Positions 1 through 6,130 of a stretch of 32,000 nucleotides of DNA are shown piece after piece. Under the pieces are notes generated by a model, which worked only from the letters and a program-made list of their open reading frames with translations, had not been told where the DNA came from and ran no database searches. Numbering within the stretch: the stretch's first letter is position 1; the number at the start of each line of letters is the position of its first letter. The position numbers and the translations under genes are program-made. Source of the DNA: Sphingomonadales bacterium (GTDB taxonomy: Bacteria; Pseudomonadota; Alphaproteobacteria; Sphingomonadales; Sphingomonadaceae); the NCBI GenBank assembly GCA_027488785.1, contig JAIYAY010000003.1, positions 44,168 to 76,167 on the forward strand. The letters run 5' to 3'.

Positions 1-581
1 CCGCGGATGAAGGCGGTGTCGATGCCGCCATCTATGATCACATGCGCGACATGAATGTTTTGCGGACCCAACTCACGCGCCATAGACTGCGCCAGCATCC
101 GCAACGCGCCCTTTGCACCGGAAAAGGCGGAGAAGCCTTTGCCGCCACGCATGCTTGCTGTTGCACCTGTGAAGATGATGGTGCCCGATTGGCGCGCGAC
201 CATGCGGCGCGCGGCCTCACGTCCCATGAGAAAGCCAGCGAACGCGGCCATTTCCCATACCTTGCGATACACTTGCGCGGTCATATCTAGGATCGAAAAA
301 TTGACGTTCGCGCCGATATTGAAAACGGCAACCTCAATTGGTCCTACGTCGCGCTCAATTGCATCGACCATCGCCACGACTTCGTCTTCGATACGCGCGT
401 CTGCTGGGTAAGCGCGAGCTTCATAACCTTCGGCGTGTATCGATTGCACCAGTGCTTCCAACTGATCAGCGTTACGCGCACGGCGATTGACGCAAGCGAC
501 ATAGCCTTCGCGTGCAAAAGCTTTAGCAATGGCCCCGCCTGTGGCGTCACCTGCGCCGACGATGAGGGCTGCCTTATTCAA
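1..581 (-). CDS. Short-chain dehydrogenase/reductase (SDR) family oxidoreductase, N-terminal ~193 codons only (C-terminus lies beyond window start)
   Basis: My own minus-strand translation from TTG (581-579) reads (M)[26 protein letters not shown]...[58 protein letters not shown]. It has a glycine-rich Rossmann motif and an SDR core. The frame stays open to base 1. It is absent from the ORF track because it runs off the window. The start codon is inferred from the TTGA overlap with the clpS stop. Confidence 0.75.
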   Translation of the reverse strand, partial: MNKAALIVGAGDATGGAIAKAFAREGYVACVNRRARNADQLEALVQSIHAEGYEARAYPADARIEDEVVAMVDAIERDVGPIEVAVFNIGANVNFSILDMTAQVYRKVWEMAAFAGFLMGREAARRMVARQSGTIIFTGATASMRGGKGFSAFSGAKGALRMLAQSMARELGPQNIHVAHVIIDGGIDTAFIR

Positions 582-907
582 TCTTTCTCAAGCGTGCATT
601 GCAGTGGATGCTGGTTCTTCTGCGCGAAGTCCATCACCTGCGTGACTTTGGTTTCCGCAACTTCATAGGTAAAAATGCCGCAGACGCCGACACCCTTTTG
701 GTGGACATGCAGCATCACCCGGGTCGCTTGATCGGTGTCCATCTGAAAAAACGCCTTAAGGACATGGATGACAAATTCCATCGGCGTATAATCATCGTTC
801 AGCAGCAACACTTTATAGAGGCTTGGCTTTTGCGTTTTCGGGCGCGTACGCGTGGCGAGGCCGACACCGGGTCTGCCATCATTTTTGTCATCGTCATCTT
901 GCGCCAT
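578..907 (-). CDS. clpS: ATP-dependent Clp protease adaptor protein ClpS
   Basis: This is the C-terminal 109 aa of ORF 578..1270: [10 protein letters not shown]...[65 protein letters not shown]. That is the canonical ClpS core. The longer ORF would overlap the phasin gene and its terminator, so I use the ATG at 907. The ATG at 919 is an alternative. Confidence 0.9.
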   Translation of the reverse strand: MAQDDDDKNDGRPGVGLATRTRPKTQKPSLYKVLLLNDDYTPMEFVIHVLKAFFQMDTDQATRVMLHVHQKGVGVCGIFTYEVAETKVTQVMDFAQKNQHPLQCTLEKD

Positions 908-983
908 GGAAATCTGCATCAGCCTAAAATAGGGCAGAGGAGGGGGTCTCCGCAAGCCCCGTTCATCATCTAATCGGTTGTAC

Positions 984-1020
984 CAAAAAGAAACCGCCCT
1001 TTCCTTGACGGAAAGGACGG
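984..1020 (-). terminator. Rho-independent terminator downstream of the phasin gene
   Basis: The minus strand reads CCGTCCTTTCC-GTCAA-GGAAAGGGCGG followed by TTTCTTTTTGG. The stem is 11 bp with one mismatch, the loop is 5 nt, and a U-tract follows. It lies about 100 nt after the phasin stop. Confidence 0.65.
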
Positions 1021-1124
1021 TTGTTTCATGGAATTGCACCGGTCGATCTCGACGTCCTACCGCCAAAAGGAGGAGAGAGAGGGTGGCAGGTGCATGACCC
1101 ACCGGCGCAATATCTTGCGAGAGC

Positions 1125-1757
1125 TTATGCAGCTTTCTTGAAAAGTTCAGTCGTCGCCGCAATGCGGTTTGAGATTGGCTGGAACATTTCGCTGGCCAGC
1201 TTGACCATCGCTTCCGTGTTCTTTGAACCCTGCGCAACAGCGGTATCGAAGCCCTTACGCACCAGTTCACCTTGAAGCTTAACGAAGTCTGTTGGCGACT
1301 TGACCGAAGTCAATTCCTTGACGGCAACCTGTACCTCTTCGAAATTCTTCTTGGCGAATTCGATGTTGGTCTTGCCGATTTCCTGAGCGCCCTTGGCAAC
1401 GATCTTGCCAGCTTCGACAACAGCTTCAACATTGGCTTTGTTGAATTCAACGGCTTCAGCAGCAAACTTCTTACCTTTTTCAGTAGCTTCGCTTGCCTTT
1501 TCACGAACGTCGGCGAAAAATTCAGTCGCTTTTTCAGCGGTCTTTTCTGCAGTGGCTTTAACTGTTTCAGTCATGTTGGATAGTCCTTGCGTAAAGGGTG
1601 TTGTTTCAACAGACACGGATTTGGGGCGCGACGAAGTGGTAGGTGTTGCTACCTTAGTCTTCGCGACGGTGCTTGGAGCCGTTTTTACAGATACGCGCTT
1701 TGGCGCTGCAACTTTTGCAGATTTTGCCGAGGCATTAGTTTCTGTTTTGCTTGTCAT
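1125..1757 (-). CDS. phaP: Phasin family protein (PHA granule-associated) with a basic K/A/P/T/S-rich N-terminal extension
   Basis: The C-terminal ~150 aa ([67 protein letters not shown]...ELFKKAA) is a typical alpha-helical phasin. The start at ATG 1757 is favoured because a near-consensus promoter and operators sit immediately upstream. An alternative internal start at 1574 is preceded by AAGGAC. The extra 17 codons in the ORF track (to 1808) would cover the promoter. Confidence 0.85.
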   Translation of the reverse strand: MTSKTETNASAKSAKVAAPKRVSVKTAPSTVAKTKVATPTTSSRPKSVSVETTPFTQGLSNMTETVKATAEKTAEKATEFFADVREKASEATEKGKKFAAEAVEFNKANVEAVVEAGKIVAKGAQEIGKTNIEFAKKNFEEVQVAVKELTSVKSPTDFVKLQGELVRKGFDTAVAQGSKNTEAMVKLASEMFQPISNRIAATTELFKKAA

Positions 1758-1780
1758 GTGAAAGCACCATTTCTGTTGTG

Positions 1781-1791
1781 TTGCACTGCAC
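1781..1791. promoter_or_regulatory. Putative PhaR-type operator O1 (TTGCACTGCAC; TGC-N3-GCA core) overlapping the -10 and transcription start of the phasin promoter
   Basis: This is a near-palindrome and is the reverse complement of the site at 1828-1838 with one mismatch. It overlaps the predicted -10 hexamer. Confidence 0.45.
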
Positions 1792-1818
1792 AATAAATAC
1801 AAATGCAAACTATGTCAA
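1790..1818 (-). promoter_or_regulatory. Predicted sigma-70-type promoter of the phasin gene
   Basis: The minus strand has TTGACA (complement of 1813-1818), a 17-nt spacer, then TATTGT (complement of 1790-1795). The -10 lies about 33 nt upstream of the ATG at 1757. Confidence 0.5.
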
Positions 1819-1827
1819 CAAAAAATG

Positions 1828-1838
1828 GTGCAGTGCAC
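1828..1838. promoter_or_regulatory. Putative PhaR-type operator O2 (perfect palindrome GTGCAGTGCAC)
   Basis: This is a perfect 11-bp palindrome (5-bp arms around a central base) just upstream of the -35 hexamer. It has the same TGC-N3-GCA core as O1. Confidence 0.45.
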
Positions 1839-1857
1839 AAAAATCCCTTGGGTCAGG

Positions 1858-2997
1858 TTAATCCGCCAAAGTCAGCCGTTCAAAGCGTTCATAATGGTGA
1901 TCGGCCGAACCGAATTGATTCTCGATCATCGTCGCCCGCTTGAAGAAGTGACCGATGGCCAACTCTTGCGTGATGCCAATGCCGCCATGCGTTTGAATGG
2001 CGCTTTGTCCGACAAATTTTGCTGACCGCGATACCTTCGCCTTGCATGCCGATACTGCCGCCATACGTTCTGCCGCTGGCAGATCGAGCTTAAGCGTCGC
2101 CATAGTGGTCATGGACTTTGATTGCTCAACCTCCATGAACATGTCGACCATGCGATGCTGAAGTACTTGGAAACGCGAGATAGGCTGTCCAAATTGGTTG
2201 CGCTGACGCGCATATTCCAACGTGCCCTGATGTAGCTTCGCTGTTACCCCGCACGATTCTGCACAGACTGCGACGGTTGCTTCGTCCACAATCCGTTCGA
2301 TGAGCGGCAAGCCTACGCCTTCATCACCCAACAAAGCGTCTGCGGGAATTGCAACGTTTTCGAAATAGATTTCAGACGCCTGGAAACCATCCACGGTTGG
2401 GTAATCGCGGCGTACAATGCCCTTTGCATTGGCATCGATGAGGAACAACGACACGCCGTTCACATCGGTGGTAGCACCGCCCGTGCGCGCGGTAACGAGC
2501 AAATGCGTTGCCCATGGCGCGGCGTATACGACACCCTTGTGGCCGTTCAGTACATAGCCCGCGCCGTCCTTCTTTGCGGTCGTGCGGATATTGGCCAAGT
2601 TGTAGCGGCCCTGTGGCTCGGCATAGGCAAAGGCAATAATGACATTGCCGTTGATGATTTCGGGAATGACGGCATCCGCCACCGCGCCGCCAACCGCCTT
2701 TAATGCACCACCGCCAAGCACGACGGTCTGGAGATAAGGCTCGACAGCGATGACCTTGCCCAGCTCTTCCATGATCAGAGCGTTTTCGAGATAGCCACCG
2801 CCAAGGCCACCATGCTCTTCGCTGAATGAGGCGCCCAACATGCCGAGATCCTGGGCCAAAGCCTTCCAAATAGCCGGGTCACGCCCCGTGCCGCTGGCAA
2901 TCATCTTGCTGCGGCTATCGAAGTCATATGTGTCCGCTAAAAAGCGGCTCAATGTGTCGCGGATCATGTCCTGCGTTTCGGTGTAGCTGAAATCCAT
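1858..2997 (-). CDS. Acyl-CoA dehydrogenase family protein (379 aa, downstream member of a tandem pair)
   Basis: The 379-aa ORF shows an ACAD fold signature: N-terminal MDFSYTETQDMIRDTLSRFLAD, a mid-domain with AFAYAEPQGRYN...GHKGVVYAAPWA, and a C-terminal QTHGGIGITQELAIGHFFKRATMIENQFG. Confidence 0.85.
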   Translation of the reverse strand: MDFSYTETQDMIRDTLSRFLADTYDFDSRSKMIASGTGRDPAIWKALAQDLGMLGASFSEEHGGLGGGYLENALIMEELGKVIAVEPYLQTVVLGGGALKAVGGAVADAVIPEIINGNVIIAFAYAEPQGRYNLANIRTTAKKDGAGYVLNGHKGVVYAAPWATHLLVTARTGGATTDVNGVSLFLIDANAKGIVRRDYPTVDGFQASEIYFENVAIPADALLGDEGVGLPLIERIVDEATVAVCAESCGVTAKLHQGTLEYARQRNQFGQPISRFQVLQHRMVDMFMEVEQSKSMTTMATLKLDLPAAERMAAVSACKAKVSRSAKFVGQSAIQTHGGIGITQELAIGHFFKRATMIENQFGSADHHYERFERLTLAD

Positions 2998-3020
2998 TAT
3001 AGGCCTCTCTCACATTTTGG

Positions 3021-3113
3021 TCTCATTCCCGCGAAAGCCGGAATCTATGGCCTGACTGATGTGATGGAACAAAAGCTCAGACCATGGACCCCCGATCAAG
3101 TCAGGGGTGACAC
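3021..3113. repeat. Divergent MITE/REP-like element between the two ACAD genes
   Basis: The left part TCTCATTCCCGCGAAAGCCGGAATC forms a GAAA-tetraloop hairpin. The right part GACCCCCGATCAAGTCAGGGGTGAC forms a CCCC/GGGG hairpin. The terminal TCA-YYCC ... GGGTGA architecture resembles the clearer copies at 18767-18859 and 27797-27869, but sequence identity is only partial. Confidence 0.4.
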
Positions 3114-3134
3114 AGTTTTTGTTTCTAAGCGGGA

Positions 3135-4331
3135 TTAAATCCCCAGCACCATCTTGGCGATGATGTTGCGTTGGATTTCGTTCGATCCACCGTAAATCGT
3201 CGTCTTGCGGGTGTTGAAATAGGTCGGCGCAGCGCGATGTGCATAATCCGGACCGATTGGGTGCTCATTGTCGCCTTCGCCAAAGCCACGGAAATATGGC
3301 GCGCCATAATGGCCGACCGCTTCCAACGCGAGTTCGGTAATCCGTTGCTGGATTTCTGAACCTTTGATCTTCAACAGACTGGATTCCGGACCAGGGCCCT
3401 TGCCCGCTGCTTCACCGGCAAGGCTACGCAACTCGGTAAATTCAAGCGCAGTAAGGTCAATTTCAAGCTCCGAAATCTTGCGTTTGAAAAACGGATTGGC
3501 AATCAACGGGCGGTCGCCATCCTGTTCGGTGCGGGCAATAGCCTTGATCTTCTCCACGCCGCGCTTTGAGCGGGCAACGGCAGCAATGCCGGTACGTTCA
3601 TGCGCCAACAGGAACTTGGCGCATGTCCAACCCTTATTCTCCTCATATACGCGGTTTGCGACTGGCACGCGGACGTCTTCGAGCCAAACTTCGTTGACTT
3701 CATGCTCGCCGCCCAAGGTGATGATCGGGCGGACAGTTACACCCGGTGACTTCATATCGATTAACAGGAAGCTGATGCCCTCTTGCGCCTTGGCGTCGGG
3801 ATCGGTGCGAACCAAGAAGAAGCCCCAGTCGGCATGCTGTGCCATGGTTGTCCAGGTTTTTTGACCATTGACGACATAATGGTCACCGTCACGAACGGCC
3901 TTGGTGCGCAGCGATGCAAGGTCGGAACCAGCGCCGGGTTCCGAATATCCCTGGCACCACCAATCATCACCCGACAAGATACCGGGAAGGAATTTGGCTT
4001 TCTGCTCAGGCGTCCCAAATGTGTAAATGACAGGGCCGACCATCGACAGACCGAAGGGCATCGTACCAACGCAGTCTGCAGCCGCCAGTTCTTCTGACCA
4101 AATGAAACGCTCGGTTGCTGTCCAGCCAGTGCCGCCATATTCAACGGGCCATGCCGGCGCAATCCAGCCCTTTTTGGCGAGAATACGGTGCCATGACAGG
4201 AAATCTTCCTTCGAAAGATCATGTCCCTCGTCCTGCACCGAACGGAGATTCTGTGGGTAATTTTCGGCGATGAATGTGCGTACTTCCTTCTGGAAGGCGA
4301 TTTCTGCGGGGCTGAATTCCAGTTGCATCAC
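3135..4331 (-). CDS. Acyl-CoA dehydrogenase family protein (398 aa, upstream member of a tandem pair)
   Basis: The 398-aa ORF carries WWCQGYSEPGAGSDLASLRTKAVRDGDHYVVNGQKTWTT, the ACAD middle-domain signature, and the C-terminal TTIYGGSNEIQRNIIAKMVLGI. Confidence 0.9.
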   Translation of the reverse strand: MMQLEFSPAEIAFQKEVRTFIAENYPQNLRSVQDEGHDLSKEDFLSWHRILAKKGWIAPAWPVEYGGTGWTATERFIWSEELAAADCVGTMPFGLSMVGPVIYTFGTPEQKAKFLPGILSGDDWWCQGYSEPGAGSDLASLRTKAVRDGDHYVVNGQKTWTTMAQHADWGFFLVRTDPDAKAQEGISFLLIDMKSPGVTVRPIITLGGEHEVNEVWLEDVRVPVANRVYEENKGWTCAKFLLAHERTGIAAVARSKRGVEKIKAIARTEQDGDRPLIANPFFKRKISELEIDLTALEFTELRSLAGEAAGKGPGPESSLLKIKGSEIQQRITELALEAVGHYGAPYFRGFGEGDNEHPIGPDYAHRAAPTYFNTRKTTIYGGSNEIQRNIIAKMVLGI

Positions 4332-4363
4332 GATTCTCCTAAAAAGCTAATTTCGAACTAGTC

Positions 4364-4381
4364 GACGTTTACGTAAACGTC
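4364..4381. promoter_or_regulatory. Perfect 18-bp palindrome GACGTTTACGTAAACGTC, putative operator in the promoter of the ACAD pair
   Basis: I verified the palindrome by hand. On the minus strand it follows TTGACG (a possible -35) and fills the spacer of a plausible promoter about 35-50 nt upstream of the ACAD ATG at 4331. Confidence 0.5.
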
Positions 4382-4390
4382 AATTGAATC

Positions 4391-6043
4391 TCATCGTGCC
4401 TTCACATAGCTGCCTGGAGCCGATTCTAGCGCCTTCAGCATGCCTTGGCCTGGTTGACGCGGGCCAGTCGCTGACACGCGTGTATTGCCCTTCTCTGTCA
4501 GCCAGTTGAGCCAATCGGGCCACCAGCTACCCTTTGTCTCTGTGGCGCCCTCAATGAACGCCGCATATGAGGACGGCACGGCGTCGTTGGTCCAATATTG
4601 ATATTTCATCTGCGCAGGCGGGTTGACGACACCTGCAATATGACCGCTGCCCGCCAGCACGAATTTGATGGGACCAGTGAAATGCTCCTGCAGTTTCCAG
4701 ACGCTTTCGGCGGGCGCAATATGATCCTCGCGGCCAGCCTGAATATAGGTCGGCGTTTTCACCCAGCGCAGGTCAATTGGGGTGCCGAGTACCGACAAAT
4801 CATTTGGCTTCACGAGCCGGTTATCGCGATAAAGGTCGACGAGATAGTTTCGGTGCCATTTTGCGGGTAGGTTGGTGACGTCGCCATTCCAGTGCAGCAA
4901 ATCGAAGGCAGGATAGTCTTCACCCAGAAGATAATTTTTGACGACGGTGGACCATATCAAATCCTTGCCGCGTAGCATGTTGAAGGTCAGTGCGAGGAAA
5001 CGGCCATCCAAATACCCCTGCGGTGCGCTCAGCGCTTCCGTCATCGCAATCTGCTGATCATCGATAAAATGCAAAAGTTCGCCGCTCGAACTGAAATCGA
5101 CCTGCGCTGTAAAAAAGGTTGCGCTACGCACTTTGTCCGCAGCGTCGGTTGCCGCGAGGACCGCAAGCGTTGCCGCCAAGGTCGTACCCGCAACACAATA
5201 GCCTATCGCATGGACATCCGGCACATCAAGCGCGCTGCACACAGTATCAATAGCGTCTATCTGCGCCGCGATATAATCATCCCAGATAACGTCCTTCATC
5301 GAAGCATCTGCTGATTTCCATGACACGACAAAAACCGTGATGCCTTGGTCGACGCAATATTTGATGAAGCTTTTTTCTGCCGTGAGGTCGAGAATATAAA
5401 AACGATTGATCCAAGGCGGGAAAATGATGAGCGGGGTTTTCAGAACATTTTCCGTGGACGGGTCATATTGTATGAGCTGATACAATGGCGTTTGGTGCAC
5501 GACCTTGCCCGGTGTCGATGCGATGTTTTCGCCAAGTGTGAACGCGCTAGAATCGGTGTGCGTCAATTGTCCGCGCTGCATGTCCTGCATCATATGCTGC
5601 ATACCTGACATCAGGCTTGCGCCCTTGGTCTCGATAGCGCGTTCCAGCGCGACGGGGTTGGTGAAAGGGGAGTTGGCGGGGCTCATCGCGTCGATTATGC
5701 TGCGCAAGGCAAAGCCCATTTTTGCTTTATCAGTTTCGGGCACACCATCCAATTGGTCCGCCGCAGCCAACATATATTCGGACATGAGTTGATAGCTTTG
5801 ACGGACTAAGTCGAATACGGGATGCTCCCATTGCGGGGCGGCAAAACGGCGATCTGTCGCGTCGACCTTGTCACGGCCAGCTTTAGCCAGCGGTTCCAAC
5901 ACGGGGCCCCAAGCATCCAATGCCGCCCGATAGGCCGTTAGTGGGTCAGTCGTGGCCGCGCCGGATTGCGCGAACAACTTCATGAACTGCGTCGGGTCCA
6001 TGAAGGGCGGTATTTCGGATGAGTCGGCCATATCGATAGGCAT
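4391..6043 (-). CDS. phaC: Class I poly(R)-hydroxyalkanoate synthase
   Basis: The 550-aa ORF has the PhaC N-terminal region, FAAPQWEHPVFDLVRQSYQL. It also has the alpha/beta-hydrolase core with the lipase-box-like active-site Cys, HAIGYCVAGTTLA, and a C-terminal GHIAGVVNPP. Confidence 0.92.
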   Translation of the reverse strand: MPIDMADSSEIPPFMDPTQFMKLFAQSGAATTDPLTAYRAALDAWGPVLEPLAKAGRDKVDATDRRFAAPQWEHPVFDLVRQSYQLMSEYMLAAADQLDGVPETDKAKMGFALRSIIDAMSPANSPFTNPVALERAIETKGASLMSGMQHMMQDMQRGQLTHTDSSAFTLGENIASTPGKVVHQTPLYQLIQYDPSTENVLKTPLIIFPPWINRFYILDLTAEKSFIKYCVDQGITVFVVSWKSADASMKDVIWDDYIAAQIDAIDTVCSALDVPDVHAIGYCVAGTTLAATLAVLAATDAADKVRSATFFTAQVDFSSSGELLHFIDDQQIAMTEALSAPQGYLDGRFLALTFNMLRGKDLIWSTVVKNYLLGEDYPAFDLLHWNGDVTNLPAKWHRNYLVDLYRDNRLVKPNDLSVLGTPIDLRWVKTPTYIQAGREDHIAPAESVWKLQEHFTGPIKFVLAGSGHIAGVVNPPAQMKYQYWTNDAVPSSYAAFIEGATETKGSWWPDWLNWLTEKGNTRVSATGPRQPGQGMLKALESAPGSYVKAR

Positions 6044-6080
6044 ATCAAAGCAAATGAAATTGTCGAAGATTGTTTTGTTG

Positions 6081-6089
6081 TGCGGCGCA
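6081..6089. promoter_or_regulatory. TGC-N3-GCA element (TGCGGCGCA) in the phaC / helicase divergent intergenic region
   Basis: It has the same core spacing as the phasin operators and lies 38 nt upstream of the phaC ATG. The match is short, so chance occurrence is possible. Confidence 0.25.
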
Positions 6090-6130
6090 GCATGGACATT
6101 CTATTAAAAAGAGCGCAAAGGCGCGCCATA

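Noticed and set aside
1066-1140. A strong SD-like AAGGAGG on the + strand is followed by a 15-codon ORF ([15 protein letters not shown]).
   Set aside because: The SD-to-ATG spacing is over 20 nt. The ORF runs into the antisense of the phasin gene. The purine tract is better explained as the complement of the CU-rich tract in the phasin 3' UTR.
578-1270. A 230-aa version of the clpS ORF extends 121 codons upstream.
   Set aside because: The extension would run through the phasin terminator and into the phasin coding region. ClpS proteins are about 100-110 aa, and the canonical core starts after the ATG at 907.
3364-3864. The + strand ORF 3364..3864 and similar antisense ORFs lie inside ACAD, phaC, the TonB receptor (for example 22226..23098), rplJ (11069..11738) and rplL (10531..10986).
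   Set aside because: All are fully embedded antisense to genes with clear family signatures. I treat them as frame shadows.
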